A DNA stretch of 64,000 nt from Pseudomonadota bacterium (GCA_018241645.1 JAFEDL010000004.1:594-64593); one strand, 5' to 3'; shown: positions 1 through 13,607, numbered from the stretch's first letter. Program-made: numbers and translations. The notes: generated from the letters alone by a model not told the origin.

Positions 1-68
1 GCGGCGAACGAGTCGGGAGCGTGCGGGGGGTTCAGGGCGCTGGACACTGCTTGGGACAGACTGGACAT
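1..68 (-). CDS. rpsA: 30S ribosomal protein S1, first ~22 codons only (gene runs off the left edge)
   Basis: Reverse-strand ATG at 68..66 reads MSSLSQAVSSALNPPHAPDSFAA. The ...SFAA end resembles the conserved (E/D)SFAALFEES start of S1. rpsA follows cmk in the conserved aroA-cmk-rpsA order. Too short for the ORF track. Confidence 0.45.
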   Translation of the reverse strand, partial: MSSLSQAVSSALNPPHAPDSFA

Positions 69-215
69 GTAAATGGGACCTGGTTTGGGCCGCCGGCGAC
101 CTCCTTCCGGGAGGAACCGCGCGTCGGGCTAAGTTGCAAAAAATGGGCACTGCGGCCATCCGGCCGCCCGCCCGCCTGTTCGAACCGCTCGGGGAGCTCT
201 GAAACTGTTTTCAGA

Positions 216-893
216 TCAACGAGGTTGCTGCGATTCAAGTTTCTCCCGGGCCAGCTTCAGCACCGCGCCAACCACCTCGTCCACCGACAGGTCCGACGAG
301 TCGAGCTGCACTGCGTCGGGTGCCGGAACGAGCGGGGCTGCCGCACGCTTCGCGTCGCGCTCGTCGCGCTCCGCGAGGTCCCGGGAAAGGGACGCGAGAT
401 TAGCATGTATTCCTTTGTCATTCAACTGTTTATACCGGCGGCTGGCGCGCACCTGGACGCTCGCGGTCAGAAACACTTTCAGCGCCGCATCGGGAAACAC
501 CACGGTGCCCATGTCCCGCCCGTCCGCCACCAGGCCAGGGGGCTGCCGGAACGCCCGTTGGCGGTCGAGGAGCGCCGAGCGCAGGGCCGGCAGGGCTGCG
601 ACGGCGGAGGCCCGGTTGCCGATACCCTCGCCCCGCAATTCTTCCGTAACGTCTTCTCCGGAAAGGATAATCTTCCCGTCCAGAAACCTGGCTTCGAGGC
701 CGGCCGCGATCCCGGCAAGGGACGATTCATCGGTTTCGGCCACGCCGGCCCGCAGCGACGCGAGCGCCACCAGGCGATAGAGGGCGCCGCTTTCCAGCAC
801 ATGGAATCCCAGCACCCCGGCCACCCGGGCCGCAATCGTGCCCTTCCCCGACGCGGAAGGACCGTCGATGGCAATGACCGGAACCGGCTTCAT
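216..893 (-). CDS. cmk: Cytidylate kinase
   Basis: 225-aa ORF with P-loop [13 protein letters not shown]. 4-nt overlap with the aroA stop. Confidence 0.95.
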   Translation of the reverse strand: MKPVPVIAIDGPSASGKGTIAARVAGVLGFHVLESGALYRLVALASLRAGVAETDESSLAGIAAGLEARFLDGKIILSGEDVTEELRGEGIGNRASAVAALPALRSALLDRQRAFRQPPGLVADGRDMGTVVFPDAALKVFLTASVQVRASRRYKQLNDKGIHANLASLSRDLAERDERDAKRAAAPLVPAPDAVQLDSSDLSVDEVVGAVLKLAREKLESQQPR

Positions 894-2173
894 CCGCGCA
901 CCGAAATGCCTTCAAGCACCTGGAAATACTCGGGAAAAGTCTTCGCCACGCATTTCGGGTCGTTGATGCGCACCGCCACCCCTCCGAGGGCCGCAAGCGA
1001 AAAGGACATCGCCATGCGGTGGTCGTCGTAAGTATCGATCGTCGCCGGCACGAGTCGCGCGGGCGGTGCAACGCGCAGGTAGTCCGCGCCCTCCTCCACC
1101 GTGGCGCCGAGCTTGCGCAGTTCGGTGGCCATCGCGGCCAGGCGGTCGGTTTCCTTCACCCGCCAGCTCGCGATATTGCGCAGCGTGCTCGGCCCGTCGG
1201 CAAACAGGGCCATGACCGCAGCGGTCATTGCGGCATCGGGGATGTGGTTGAGGTCCGCATCCAGCGCCCGCAGGCGCCCCGATCCCTTCGCCTCGATCCA
1301 GTTCGGTCCCATCGACACCTCCGCACCCATGCGCTCGAGGACTTCGACGAAACGCACGTCACCCTGGATGCTGTCGCGACCCACGCCCTCCACGCGGACC
1401 GGGCCTCCGGAGATGGCGCCTGCGGCGAGGAAATACGACGCGGAAGAGGCATCGCCTTCCACGTGAATCTCGCCCGGGCTCACGTAGCCCGACCCCGGCA
1501 CGCGGAACGTGCGCCAGCCTTCGCGCCCTACCTCGGCGCCGAAGCGCCGCATCAGGTTCAGCGTGATCTCCACGTAGGGTTTGGAGATCAGTTCGCCCTC
1601 GACCTCGATGACCGACCCGCGTCCCGCGAGGGGCAGCGCCATCAACAGCGCGGTGAGGAACTGTGACGAAACGTCCCCGCGCACGGGCACCGGGCGGTCG
1701 AGCGAAACGGCGCCCGGATGCAGCGAGAGGGGTGGATACCCATCGACGCCCAGGTAGTCGATGCGCGCCCCGATCGAGCGCAGAGCGTCCACGAGGTCGC
1801 CGATCGGCCGCTCGTGCATGCGCGGCACGCCGGACAGCTTGTATTCGCCGCCGGACACCGCAAGCACGGCGGTCAACGGGCGGAACGCCGTCCCCGCATT
1901 GCCGAGGAACAGGTCGGTCCCGCGGACGGGAATTGCGCCGGCGCAGCCCTCGATTCGGATTTCCGCGGCGTTCGCGTACTGGGTGCGGATCCCGAGCTTG
2001 CCGAGCGCGGCCAGCATCACCCGCGTGTCGTCGGCATCCAGTGCGTCGCGCACGACGGTCTCGCCGCGCGCAAGGGCGGCCAGCAGCAGCACCCGGTTGG
2101 AGATGCTCTTGGAGCCCGGCAGGCTGACCCGCCCGGCCACGCCCTTGATCGGGCGCAGGTCGAGAAAATCCAT
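890..2173 (-). CDS. aroA: 3-phosphoshikimate 1-carboxyvinyltransferase (EPSP synthase)
   Basis: Track ORF 890..2974 is over-extended. Family-like sequence begins at internal Met (residue 268): [34 protein letters not shown]. 427 aa. Confidence 0.95.
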   Translation of the reverse strand: MDFLDLRPIKGVAGRVSLPGSKSISNRVLLLAALARGETVVRDALDADDTRVMLAALGKLGIRTQYANAAEIRIEGCAGAIPVRGTDLFLGNAGTAFRPLTAVLAVSGGEYKLSGVPRMHERPIGDLVDALRSIGARIDYLGVDGYPPLSLHPGAVSLDRPVPVRGDVSSQFLTALLMALPLAGRGSVIEVEGELISKPYVEITLNLMRRFGAEVGREGWRTFRVPGSGYVSPGEIHVEGDASSASYFLAAGAISGGPVRVEGVGRDSIQGDVRFVEVLERMGAEVSMGPNWIEAKGSGRLRALDADLNHIPDAAMTAAVMALFADGPSTLRNIASWRVKETDRLAAMATELRKLGATVEEGADYLRVAPPARLVPATIDTYDDHRMAMSFSLAALGGVAVRINDPKCVAKTFPEYFQVLEGISVRG

Positions 2174-2178
2174 GCGCC

Positions 2179-3081
2179 TCAGGGCTCGAATTCGCCGGCG
2201 AGCCAGCGATTGCGCGCGCTGCGGGCTTCCCGGAACACCGTCTCCAGCGCCGCGCCGTCCCCCGCCAGCAGAGGCTTGCGCAGGGCGCGCAGCTTGTCGA
2301 CGTACCGGTCCAGTTCGGCCACCAGGGCCACGCGGTTGGCCGTGCAGATGTCGCGCCACATTTCGGGATGGCTGGAGGCGATGCGCGTGAAATCGCGAAA
2401 CCCCCCGGCCGCATAGCCGAACAGCTGGCCCGAATTCGGCCGCCCGGCGTACTCGTGCACAAGCGCGTACGCCAGCAGGTGCGGCAGGTGGCTGACGGCC
2501 GCAAACACCGCGTCGTGCTCGGCCGCGCCCATGCGGAAGGTCCGCGCGCCGCAGGCCTCCCATGCGCCGGCCACCGCGTCGACCGATGCGGGCGGATTCT
2601 CGGGGAGGGGCGCGAGGACCACGCGCTTGCCGGCGAACAGGTCCGCCTTCGCGGCTGCGGCGCCGCTGTGCTCCGCGCCCGCGATCGGGTGCGCGGGCAC
2701 GAACTGCCCGACGCGCGCTCCGAGCGCCGAGCGCGCCGCGGCCACGACGTCCTGCTTGGTGCTGCCCGCATCCATCAACAGCGCGGTGCTCGAAAGGCTG
2801 GGGACGATGCGCTCGAACAGCGCCGGGAATTGCGCGACGGGCGTGGCGACCAGCACGAGGTCCGCCCCGCGCACCGCGGCCCCGGGGTCGGTTTCGACGG
2901 CATCGACGATGCCTCGCTCCCTGGCCACCCGCATGTTCCCGGGATCGCGGCCCACGCCGACGATCGTGCCGCACGCGCCCCGGGCCTTGAGGGCCAGGGC
3001 GAACGAGCCGCCGATCAGGCCGACACCGATGACGGCGACCCGTTCGAACCGGGCCCGGCCCGCCGCCGCCGGCGCGGTCAT
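2179..3081 (-). CDS. tyrA: Prephenate/arogenate (cyclohexadienyl) dehydrogenase
   Basis: Last 300 aa of track ORF 2179..4236, from [31 protein letters not shown] (Rossmann GxGxxG). ATGA overlap with the hisC stop. Confidence 0.9.
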   Translation of the reverse strand: MTAPAAAGRARFERVAVIGVGLIGGSFALALKARGACGTIVGVGRDPGNMRVARERGIVDAVETDPGAAVRGADLVLVATPVAQFPALFERIVPSLSSTALLMDAGSTKQDVVAAARSALGARVGQFVPAHPIAGAEHSGAAAAKADLFAGKRVVLAPLPENPPASVDAVAGAWEACGARTFRMGAAEHDAVFAAVSHLPHLLAYALVHEYAGRPNSGQLFGYAAGGFRDFTRIASSHPEMWRDICTANRVALVAELDRYVDKLRALRKPLLAGDGAALETVFREARSARNRWLAGEFEP

Positions 3082-4211
3082 TCCCGCAGGCTCGCGGCGA
3101 GCGCCGTGAGGAAGCGCCCGTTCTCCTCGGGCGTGCCGATCGAGATGCGCAGGTGCTCGGGGAGCTCGTATCCGGCCACCGGGCGCACGATCACGCCGCG
3201 CTTGAGCAGGCGCTTGAAGATCTCGCCGGCCTTGCCGACGCGCACGGTGATGAAGTTGCCGTAGGACGGGATGTATTCCAGCCCGAGCCCGCGCGCGCCC
3301 TCCTCGATCTGCTTCAGGCCGGTGCGGTTCTCGGCGTAGCTGCGCGCGACGAACTCCATGTCGTCGAGCGCCGCCGCAGCGGCCGTGAGCGCGATGCTGT
3401 TCACGTTGAACGGCTGGCGCACCCGGTTCATGAGGTCCGCGATCGCCGGGTTCGCCATCGCGTAGCCCACGCGCAGGCCGGCCAGGCCGTAGGCCTTCGA
3501 GAACGTGCGCGTCACGACCAGGTTCGGGTAGCGCTTGACCCACTTCGCCGTGTCCACCCGCAGCTCGGGCGGCAGGTACTCGTTGTAGGCCTCGTCCAGC
3601 ACCACGATGCAGCCGGGCACCGATTTCAGGAAAGCCTCGATCGCGCCGTAATCGGCGAACGTGCCGGTGGGGTTGTTCGGGTTTGCGATGAACACGACGC
3701 GCGTGTCGGCCTCCACCGCCCTGGCCATGGCCGGGAGGTCGTGCCCGAAATCCCTGGCGGGGACGCAGATCCCGCGGGCGCCGCGCGCCTGGGTGGCCAG
3801 CGGGTACACGGCGAAGGAGTGCTGGGAATAGACGGCCGAACTGCCGGCGCCGAGGAAGGCCATCGCCACCAGCTCGAGCACGTCGTTCGAGCCGTTGCCG
3901 AGCACGAGGCAATCCATCGGCACGCCGTAGCGGCGCGACAGCGCGTTCTTCAGCTCGAAGCCGTTGCCGTCCGGGTAGCGGGCGAGGTCCCCGAGCGCCG
4001 CCTCGATCGCGGCGCGCGTGCGCGGGCCGATGCCGCGCGGGTTCTCGTTGGAGGCGAGCTTGACGATGCTCTTCTCCTCGATCCCCATCTCGCGGGCGAG
4101 TTCCGAGGTGGGCTTGCCCGGCTGGTAGGGCGCGATCGCGCGCACGTAGGACGGGGACAGGTCGCACAGATCCTTGATCGATGCGTTTCTTGCGATGGGG
4201 ATTGCGCTCAT
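3078..4211 (-). CDS. hisC: Histidinol-phosphate / aromatic aminotransferase
   Basis: 377 aa from MSAIPIARN. Motifs LASNENP and [15 protein letters not shown] (PLP-lysine region). ATGA overlap with the pheA stop. Confidence 0.9.
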   Translation of the reverse strand: MSAIPIARNASIKDLCDLSPSYVRAIAPYQPGKPTSELAREMGIEEKSIVKLASNENPRGIGPRTRAAIEAALGDLARYPDGNGFELKNALSRRYGVPMDCLVLGNGSNDVLELVAMAFLGAGSSAVYSQHSFAVYPLATQARGARGICVPARDFGHDLPAMARAVEADTRVVFIANPNNPTGTFADYGAIEAFLKSVPGCIVVLDEAYNEYLPPELRVDTAKWVKRYPNLVVTRTFSKAYGLAGLRVGYAMANPAIADLMNRVRQPFNVNSIALTAAAAALDDMEFVARSYAENRTGLKQIEEGARGLGLEYIPSYGNFITVRVGKAGEIFKRLLKRGVIVRPVAGYELPEHLRISIGTPEENGRFLTALAASLRE

Positions 4212-5284
4212 TGGACGGCCGCCGGATATGAACCAAGAACCTTGAGGAAGGGCGCCTTCTGCGCCAGCTCGGCCAGCGCGTGCGCGACGCGCTCGTCGTC
4301 CTGGTGCCCTTCGACGTCGATGAAGAAGAGGTATTCCCACAGCGCGCTCTTCGCGGCGCGCGAGGGGCGCGACTCGATGCGCGACATGCTTACGCGGTTC
4401 GCCGCCAGCGGCGAAAGCAGCGCATGGACCGCGCCGGGCTTGTTGTCGGCCGACATGACCAGCGACGTGCGGTCGCGGCCGGTGGGCGCCGTGCCTATCC
4501 TGCCGAGCACGAGGAAGCGCGTGGTGTTGTTCGGGTCGTCCTCGATCGAGGGCGCGAGGATCGTCAGGCCGAAGCGCTCGCTCGCCATCTGGCCGGCGAT
4601 CGCGGCGGTCCCGGGTTCCTCGCCCGCGCGACGCGCGGCCTCGGCGTTCGACACCACCTGCACGCGCTCCGCGTTGGGCAGGTTCTGGTTCAGCCAGGCG
4701 TGGCACTGCGCGAGCGACTGGGCATGCGAATAGACCCGCTTCACGTCCGGCAGGTCGCCCGCCTTGGCCATGAGGTTCTGGTGGATCCTGAGCGCGATCT
4801 CCGCGCAGATCTTCAGCGGCGTAGACACCAGCAGGTCGTGCGTGCGGCCGACCGCGCCTTCGGTGGAGTTCTCCACCGGCACGACCGCGAACTCCGAGTC
4901 GCCGGCTTCCGCACGCCTGAACACCTCGTCGATCGACGGCAGCGGGACCGCCTCCACGGCGCGGCCGAAATGCCTCTGCACCGCCTGCTCGCTGAAGGTG
5001 CCCTGTGGGCCCAGGTAGGCCACGCGGATGTCCTGTTCCATTCCGCGGCAGGCCGAAATCACTTCGCGGAAGATCCCGGTGACCCGTTCCGCGGACAGCG
5101 GCCCGGCGTTCTCGGCGGCCATGCGGCGCAGGATCTCCGCCTCGCGCTCGGGCCGGTAGGCGGGCGCGCCCTGCTTGGCCTCGCCCACGCGGCGCGCGAG
5201 GGCCGCGCGGCGGTTCACGAGCCCGAGCAATTCGCCGTCCAGCGAATCGATTTCCGCGCGCAGCCTGGCGATGTCGTCACTCAT
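4208..5284 (-). CDS. pheA: Bifunctional chorismate mutase / prephenate dehydratase
   Basis: 358 aa. N-terminal chorismate-mutase helix region, then prephenate dehydratase with TRF (NNTTRFLVLG) and ESRP (SRIESRPS) motifs. Confidence 0.95.
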   Translation of the reverse strand: MSDDIARLRAEIDSLDGELLGLVNRRAALARRVGEAKQGAPAYRPEREAEILRRMAAENAGPLSAERVTGIFREVISACRGMEQDIRVAYLGPQGTFSEQAVQRHFGRAVEAVPLPSIDEVFRRAEAGDSEFAVVPVENSTEGAVGRTHDLLVSTPLKICAEIALRIHQNLMAKAGDLPDVKRVYSHAQSLAQCHAWLNQNLPNAERVQVVSNAEAARRAGEEPGTAAIAGQMASERFGLTILAPSIEDDPNNTTRFLVLGRIGTAPTGRDRTSLVMSADNKPGAVHALLSPLAANRVSMSRIESRPSRAAKSALWEYLFFIDVEGHQDDERVAHALAELAQKAPFLKVLGSYPAAVQ

Positions 5285-5337
5285 GGTCCGGCCAAAGATA
5301 GCGCACCGCAGGCAAGCCGTCGATTCCGGCCGCGCCC

Positions 5338-6420
5338 TCAGCCATGGCGCTTTTCGAACTCGCGCATGTAGGCGGCCAGCGCCTGCACCCCTTCGAGGGG
5401 CATCGCGTTGTATATGGAGGCCCGGATCCCGCCGACGATGCGGTGCCCCTTGAGCTGGACCATGCCGCGCTCCGCGGCACCCTTGAGGAACTCGGCATCG
5501 AGCCTCTCATCGGGCAGGTGGAACGGGATGTTCATGCAGGAACGGTCGGCCCGGGCGACCGCGCTGCGGTAAAAGCCGCCTGCGTCGATGACGTCGTAGA
5601 GCAGCCTTGCCTTGGCGTCGTTGCGTCGCGCCATCTCGGGCAGCCCGCCCAGTTGCTTCAGCCACTTGAACACCAGCCCCGCCATGTAGATCGGGTAGGT
5701 GGCGGGCGTGTTGAGCATCGAACCCGCGTCGGCCTGCAGCCTGTAGTCGAGCACGCTCGGCGTGCCCTTCTGCGCGTGTCCGAGCAGGTCTTCCCTCACG
5801 ATCACGATGGTGAGGCCGGCCGGCCCGATGTTCTTCTGCGCGCCGGCGTAGATCAGCCCGAACTTCGACACGTCCAGCGGCCGCGACAGGATGTGCGAGG
5901 ACGCATCGGCCACGAGGGGCACGCCCCCGCTGTCCGGGATCCAGTGGAACTCGACCCCGCCGATGGTCTCGTTGGAGCAGTAATGCACGTAGGCCGCGTC
6001 GGGCCGCACCTTCCATGCCTCCTGCGGCGGCGCGTAGGTGAAGCTGCGGTCTTCCGAGCTGGCCGCGACGTGCGCATCGCAATACGCCCGCGCCTCCTTG
6101 ACGGCCTTGCGCGACCACTCGCCGGTGACCACGTAATCCGCCTTGCCCTTGCCTGCGAGCAGGTTCATCGGCACCGCGGCGAACTGCAGCGTGGCGCCCC
6201 CGGCGAGGAACAGCACCTTGTAGCCGGGCGGGATGGCCAGCAGCTCGCGAAAATCCCGCTCCGTCTCGTCGGCAATGCCCATGAAATCCTTGCCGCGGTG
6301 GCTCATCTCCATGACGGACACGCCGGTCCCGTGCCAGTCGAGCATCTCGTCGCCGGCGCGCGCAAGCACCTCCTGCGGCAGTACCGCCGGCCCGGCGCTG
6401 AAGTTCCAGATCCGGTTCAT
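5338..6420 (-). CDS. serC: Phosphoserine aminotransferase
   Basis: 360 aa, MNRIWNFSAGPAVLPQEVL... typical SerC N-terminus. Lies 3 nt downstream of the gyrA stop. Confidence 0.95.
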   Translation of the reverse strand: MNRIWNFSAGPAVLPQEVLARAGDEMLDWHGTGVSVMEMSHRGKDFMGIADETERDFRELLAIPPGYKVLFLAGGATLQFAAVPMNLLAGKGKADYVVTGEWSRKAVKEARAYCDAHVAASSEDRSFTYAPPQEAWKVRPDAAYVHYCSNETIGGVEFHWIPDSGGVPLVADASSHILSRPLDVSKFGLIYAGAQKNIGPAGLTIVIVREDLLGHAQKGTPSVLDYRLQADAGSMLNTPATYPIYMAGLVFKWLKQLGGLPEMARRNDAKARLLYDVIDAGGFYRSAVARADRSCMNIPFHLPDERLDAEFLKGAAERGMVQLKGHRIVGGIRASIYNAMPLEGVQALAAYMREFEKRHG

Positions 6421-6423
6421 TGC

Positions 6424-9072
<2,649 letters not shown>

Positions 9073-9248
9073 GCTTGCCCGGTTGCGATGTTGTGCCCGG
9101 CACGTGCCGCGCAGCGTCCAGTTTTCGGCCGCGGATCCCTGGTCGGAAGGCACGGCGCCAAACATGAAATTTTAACACGCGGACCCTTGCCGGAACCGCC
9201 TTACGCGGTAAGCTTCGCATCCGGTTTACCCCGCCAAAGGATGCGCAG

Positions 9249-10571
9249 GTGCAAAGCGAAGTTCCGACCCTGATCAGCGCGCGCTGGGTCGTGCCCGTCG
9301 AGCCGGCCGGCACGGTCCTGGACCACCACAGCGTGGCCGTGCGCGACGGCGAAATCGAGGCCGTGCTGCCGACCGCCCAGGCGCTCGAGGCCTATCCCGG
9401 CCATGCCCGGGTGGACCTTCCCGGACACGCGCTGATCCCGGGCCTGGTGAACCTGCACACGCACGCTGCCATGGCGCTGATGCGCGGCCTGGCCGACGAC
9501 CTCAGCCTGATGCGCTGGCTGCAGGAGCACATCTGGCCGGCCGAATCGAAGCACGTTTCCGCGCAGTTCGTGCGCGACGGCACGATGCTGGCGTGCGCGG
9601 AGATGCTGCGCGGGGGCATCACCTGCTTCAACGACATGTACTTCTACCCGGAAGCCGCCATCGAGGCTGCGCTCGCTTCCGGCATGCGTGCCGCATTCGG
9701 CATGATCGTGATCGACCTGCCGACCGCCTACGCTTCGGACCCCGACGACTACCTCGCCAAGGGGCTCGCTCTGCGGGACCGCTACCGCGACCACCCGCTG
9801 TTTTCGTTCTGCCTCGCGCCGCACGCGCCGTACACGGTCTCGGACCGCACCTTCGGCAAGGTCGCCACGATGGCGGCGGAGCTCGACTGCCCGGTCCACT
9901 GCCACTTGCACGAAACCGACGATGAGATCACGCGCTCGGTGGCCGAGCACGGGATGCGGCCGCTCGAGCGGATGCGCAAGCTCGGCATCGTCGGGCCCAA
10001 CCTCATTTCGGTACATTCCGTGCACCTCACCGCCGCGGAGATCGCCATGCTGGCCGACCATGGCAGTTCGGTGGCGCACTGTCCTTCGTCGAACCTCAAG
10101 CTGGGCAGCGGGTTCGCCCCGATTGCCGCGCTGGTCGCGGCAGGCGTGAACGTCGGCCTCGGCACCGACGGCGCGGCCAGCAACAACCGCCTGGACGCGT
10201 TCCAGGAGATGCGGCAGGCGGCGCTGCTCGCGAAGGCGGTCGCCCGGGACGCCGAAGCCATCCCTGCCCACAAGGCCCTGGAAATGGCCACGCTGGCGGG
10301 GGCCCGCGCCCTCGGGCTGGAAAAAAAGATCGGTTCGATCGTGCCGGGAAAGCGGGCCGATCTGGCCGCCGTCAACCTCGCCGGACCGGAGCTTGCGCCG
10401 GTATACGACCCGGTCTCGCATCTGGTGTACAGCGCGGGCCGCGAACACGTTTCGCACGTATGGATAGACGGAGGGCTAAAATTGGCTGACAGGGTGCTGA
10501 AACACATGGATTTTTTGGATTTGGACACCCGGGTCAAGTTGTGGCAAAATGCGTTAAAAGATCCGTACTGA
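9249..10571 (+). CDS. mtaD: TRZ/ATZ-family amidohydrolase, probable 5-methylthioadenosine/S-adenosylhomocysteine deaminase
   Basis: 440 aa. Metal-binding NLHTHAAMAL (HxH), later HCHLHET and GTDGAASNN motifs typical of this deaminase family. Confidence 0.8.
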   Translation: MQSEVPTLISARWVVPVEPAGTVLDHHSVAVRDGEIEAVLPTAQALEAYPGHARVDLPGHALIPGLVNLHTHAAMALMRGLADDLSLMRWLQEHIWPAESKHVSAQFVRDGTMLACAEMLRGGITCFNDMYFYPEAAIEAALASGMRAAFGMIVIDLPTAYASDPDDYLAKGLALRDRYRDHPLFSFCLAPHAPYTVSDRTFGKVATMAAELDCPVHCHLHETDDEITRSVAEHGMRPLERMRKLGIVGPNLISVHSVHLTAAEIAMLADHGSSVAHCPSSNLKLGSGFAPIAALVAAGVNVGLGTDGAASNNRLDAFQEMRQAALLAKAVARDAEAIPAHKALEMATLAGARALGLEKKIGSIVPGKRADLAAVNLAGPELAPVYDPVSHLVYSAGREHVSHVWIDGGLKLADRVLKHMDFLDLDTRVKLWQNALKDPY

Positions 10572-10617
10572 ATCTTGACTTCGAGAAGTCTTCGGAATAA
10601 CGAACGAGGGGATTGCA

Positions 10618-11259
10618 ATGAACAAGAAAGCTCTTCTGGCCATTACAGGAATCGCGATGTCGGCGGTTTCGTTTACCGCTGCCGCGCAAGGCTACTGGAC
10701 CAACCCGTCAAGCGGCGGGACCTGGAAAAACGCTTCCGGACAATGCTGGAAGTCGGTGTACTTCACGCCCGCAATGGCGACTGCCGAATGCGACCCCGAC
10801 CTGGTGCCGAAGGCCCCGGCGCCTGCGCCGTACGTTGCTCCGAAGCCCGCCCCTGCCGCCAAACCGGCACCGGCCCCCGCAAAGCCTGCTCCGAAGCCCG
10901 TTGCCGAGAAGGTGACGATGGCCGCCGATGCGCTGTTCGACTTTGACAAGGCCGTGGTCAAGCCGGATGCGAAAGGCAAGCTGGACGACCTCGCCGACAA
11001 GGTGAAGCGCGTCAACCTCGAAGTGGTGATCGCGATCGGCCACACCGATTCGATCGGCAGCGATGCCTACAACCAGAAGCTCTCCGTGCGCCGGGCCGAA
11101 GCCGTCAAGGCCTACCTGGTGAGCAAGGGCGTCGAGCCGAACCGCATCTACACCGAAGGCAAAGGCGAGAAGCAGCCCGTGGCCAGCAACAAGACCAAGG
11201 AAGGCCGCGCCAAGAACCGTCGCGTCGAGATCGAAGTCATCGGCACGCGCAAGCCGTAA
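10618..11259 (+). CDS. OmpA-family outer-membrane/peptidoglycan-associated protein
   Basis: Signal peptide ([25 protein letters not shown]), Pro/Ala/Lys linker, and OmpA C-terminal domain ([23 protein letters not shown]...NRRVEIEV). Confidence 0.9.
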   Translation: MNKKALLAITGIAMSAVSFTAAAQGYWTNPSSGGTWKNASGQCWKSVYFTPAMATAECDPDLVPKAPAPAPYVAPKPAPAAKPAPAPAKPAPKPVAEKVTMAADALFDFDKAVVKPDAKGKLDDLADKVKRVNLEVVIAIGHTDSIGSDAYNQKLSVRRAEAVKAYLVSKGVEPNRIYTEGKGEKQPVASNKTKEGRAKNRRVEIEVIGTRKP

Positions 11260-11278
11260 GCTCCGAGCCTCGGGAAAA

Positions 11279-11306
11279 AGCCCTGCGAACGCAGGGCTTT
11301 TTTTTT
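11279..11306 (+). terminator. Rho-independent terminator after the ompA-family gene
   Basis: AGCCCTGC-gaac-GCAGGGCT hairpin followed by a run of ~8 T. An A-run precedes the stem. Confidence 0.85.
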
Positions 11307-11318
11307 GGTCGAACAATC

Positions 11319-12026
11319 ATGATTGAAACGCAGAACGCCGATCCCGCCGAGCTGGAGAAATTCAGCCAGCTCGCCCATCGCTGGTGGGACCCCGGCAGCG
11401 AGTTCAAGCCGCTGCACGAAATCAACCCCCTGCGCCTCGCGTGGATCAACGGCCACGCACCGCTCGCCGGGAAGGACGTCCTGGACGTGGGCTGCGGCGG
11501 CGGCATACTTGCCGAAGCCATGTCCTCACTTGGCGCGAACGTGCGCGGGATCGACCTGTCCGACAAGGCCCTCAAGGTCGCCGAACTGCACCGGCTCGAG
11601 AGCCGCCTGCCGGTAACCTATGAGTCCGTGTCCGCGGAAGACCTGGCCGAACGCAGCCCCGCGGCCTTCGACGTGGTCACCTGCATGGAACTGCTGGAGC
11701 ACGTGCCCTCTCCTCCCAGCACGATTGCCGCTTGCGCAAAGCTGCTGAAGCCGGACGGGCACGCCTTCTTCTCGACGATCAACCGCAATCCCAAGGCGTA
11801 CCTCTTTGCCGTCATCGGGGCGGAATACATCCTTAAGCTGCTTCCCAAGGGCACGCACGACTACGCGCGCTTCATCAAGCCCTCCGAGCTGGCGTCCGCA
11901 TGCCGCGCGGCGGGCCTGAGGACGGCCGAATACATCGGCATGACGTACAACCCGCTGACCGAACGCTACAGCCTCGGGCCGAACTGCGACGTGAACTACA
12001 TCGTGCACTGCGTGAAGGGCGGATAG
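11319..12026 (+). CDS. ubiG: Bifunctional ubiquinone biosynthesis O-methyltransferase
   Basis: 235 aa. [15 protein letters not shown]...[13 protein letters not shown] and SAM motif [13 protein letters not shown]. Confidence 0.95.
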   Translation: MIETQNADPAELEKFSQLAHRWWDPGSEFKPLHEINPLRLAWINGHAPLAGKDVLDVGCGGGILAEAMSSLGANVRGIDLSDKALKVAELHRLESRLPVTYESVSAEDLAERSPAAFDVVTCMELLEHVPSPPSTIAACAKLLKPDGHAFFSTINRNPKAYLFAVIGAEYILKLLPKGTHDYARFIKPSELASACRAAGLRTAEYIGMTYNPLTERYSLGPNCDVNYIVHCVKGG

Positions 12027-12674
12027 GTGCGCGCGGTACTGTTCGATTTCGACGGGACGCTCGCCGACACCGCACCGGACCTCGGCGCCGCGCTCAACCG
12101 CATGCTGGCCGATCGGGGGCGCCCCGTCCTGCCCGTGGAAAAGGTCCGGCCGCACGCGTCGAGCGGCGCGCGCGGCCTGCTGCACATCGGGTTCGGGGTA
12201 GTCCCGGACGAACCGGGCTATGAAGCCATGCGCGAGGAATTCATCGCGAACTACCGCGCGTCGATCTGCGTGCACACACGCCTCTTTCCCGGCATCGAGG
12301 AGTTGCTGGCGACGCTCGAGGCGCGCGACGTCCCGTGGGGAATCGTCACCAACAAGGCCATCCGCCTGACGATCCCGCTGGTGGAGCAGTTGGGCCTGGC
12401 TAAGCGCGCGGCCTGCGTCGTCGGCGGGGACACCACGCCGCACCTCAAGCCCCACCCGGCATCCCTCCTGCACGCCTCGGCGCAAATCGGGATACTCCCG
12501 GCGGAATGCTTCTACCTCGGCGACGACCTGCGCGACATCCAGGCAGCCCGCGCCGCGGGCATGCGTTCCGTGGCCGTCGAATACGGGTACAGCGGCACCG
12601 AAGGCGGCGGGCCGCGCGGCTGGAATGCCGACGCCGTGATCGCCCAGCCGCTGGACCTGCTCGCGCACTTCTAG
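12027..12674 (+). CDS. gph: HAD-family phosphoglycolate phosphatase
   Basis: 215 aa, alternative (non-ATG) start immediately after the ubiG stop. HAD motif I LFDFDGTLADT. Conserved ubiG-gph pairing. Confidence 0.85.
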   Translation: MRAVLFDFDGTLADTAPDLGAALNRMLADRGRPVLPVEKVRPHASSGARGLLHIGFGVVPDEPGYEAMREEFIANYRASICVHTRLFPGIEELLATLEARDVPWGIVTNKAIRLTIPLVEQLGLAKRAACVVGGDTTPHLKPHPASLLHASAQIGILPAECFYLGDDLRDIQAARAAGMRSVAVEYGYSGTEGGGPRGWNADAVIAQPLDLLAHF

Positions 12675-12751
12675 ACGCCGGACCCGACGCCGCCCTTGAA
12701 ATCCGGTGCGGCACCCCGATATGGGATAATGTAAGTGCTTCAGCCGATTCC

Positions 12752-13117
12752 GGGGGCGACCTGGCTTCGACAGGGGTAACAAAGCAGGCAGGGCATACCG
12801 AGGACCAGTCACCTCGCAAATCCATCTGGAAACTAAGTAACTGCGAACGACAACTCGTACGCACTAGCCGCTTAATAACCGGCTAGCTCTGCACCCATTT
12901 CGTCCCTGGAGTGGGACCGGGCAACCGGATGCAGAGTCATCTACAGGGAATCGGGCTGCGCCGGGCCGCTTGGCACAGTCCTAAAAAGTAGGCGGCTCGC
13001 GGGGAAAGCAGCGTGCCTGTTCGCGGCCTACCCGTTAAATTGAAAAAACCGGCTAAGTATGTAGAACTGTATGTGGCGTGCCACTGGACGGGGGTTCGAT
13101 TCCCCCCGCCTCCACCA
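12752..13117 (+). ncRNA. ssrA: Transfer-messenger RNA (tmRNA, SsrA)
   Basis: 5' GGGGGCGACCTGGCTTCGACAGGGG and 3' GGACGGGGGTTCGATTCCCCCCGCCTCCACCA (tRNA-Ala-like acceptor/T-arm with CCA). Contains an internal tag reading frame. Confidence 0.95.
12843..12875 (+). other. tmRNA tag-peptide reading frame, ANDNSYALAA-stop
   Basis: GCG AAC GAC AAC TCG TAC GCA CTA GCC GCT TAA inside ssrA. Has the canonical ...YALAA degradation tag ending. Confidence 0.9.
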
Positions 13118-13122
13118 AACAC

Positions 13123-13154
13123 AAGGGCTCCGCACTGGGAGCCCTTGGCGTTTG
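13123..13154 (+). terminator. Probable ssrA terminator hairpin
   Basis: AAGGGCTCC-gcactg-GGAGCCCTT 9-bp stem starting 6 nt after the CCA end, followed by a short ggcgTTTgc. The T-tract is weak. Confidence 0.55.
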
Positions 13155-13233
13155 CGGGCCCCTCGCCGGCGCTGTTTTCAAAGCCCGTCGAACGGATTAC
13201 CATCATCACAAGTTGCTGGATCAGGAATCCGCC

Positions 13234-13551
13234 GTGGAAGTCTCGCTGTACGAAGTGCTCGAAGTCAGCCCGAATGCCGGCCCCGCCGTCATCAAGGCCG
13301 CCTATCGCGTCCTCGTCCAGCAGAACCATCCCGACAAGAACCCAGGCAACCCCGCGGCGGCAGAGCGCCTCAGCCTGATCAACCAGGCCTATGCGGTGTT
13401 GGCCGACCCGCTCCTCAAGGCGCGATACGACAAGAAGCGCGCCGCAAGCGCGGACCGGCGCGGCAGCGGGCGCGGGCTCGCCCCGGCCAAGGCCGACGCG
13501 GTCCAGCCGGACGCCAAGCTCCGCCCGTTCGCGTTCCGGCGGTTCCAATAG
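13234..13551 (+). CDS. Stand-alone J-domain (DnaJ-like) protein, ~105 aa
   Basis: In-frame GTG (residue 53 of track ORF 13078..13551) preceded by AGGAA. The ATG at 13078 lies inside ssrA and is not credible. J-domain sequence SLYEVLEVSPNAGPAVIKAAYRVLVQQNHPDKNPGNPAAAERLSLINQAYAVLADP with an HPD motif. Basic tail, no G/F or zinc-finger region. An alternative TTG start is at 13213. Confidence 0.7.
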   Translation: MEVSLYEVLEVSPNAGPAVIKAAYRVLVQQNHPDKNPGNPAAAERLSLINQAYAVLADPLLKARYDKKRAASADRRGSGRGLAPAKADAVQPDAKLRPFAFRRFQ

Positions 13552-13607
13552 CCCCGTCCCTCCCGCCCGAATTCCTGCGCACGATCTCCAAGGAGGAGAT
13601 CAACGAG

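Noticed and set aside
890-4706. Over-long track ORFs (890..2974, 2179..4236, 3078..4706) suggesting ~550-700-aa fusion proteins.
   Set aside because: The N-terminal extensions are Arg/Gly/Pro-rich read-through into the upstream gene in another frame. Family-like sequence starts at internal Met codons that form ATGA overlaps with the preceding stop.
13071-13233. ATG starts at 13071 and 13078 for the exonuclease and J-domain ORFs.
   Set aside because: Both lie inside the 3' end of ssrA and its terminator hairpin. The translated upstream parts are compositionally non-protein-like. Internal GTG (13234) and TTG (13608) starts have Shine-Dalgarno sequences.
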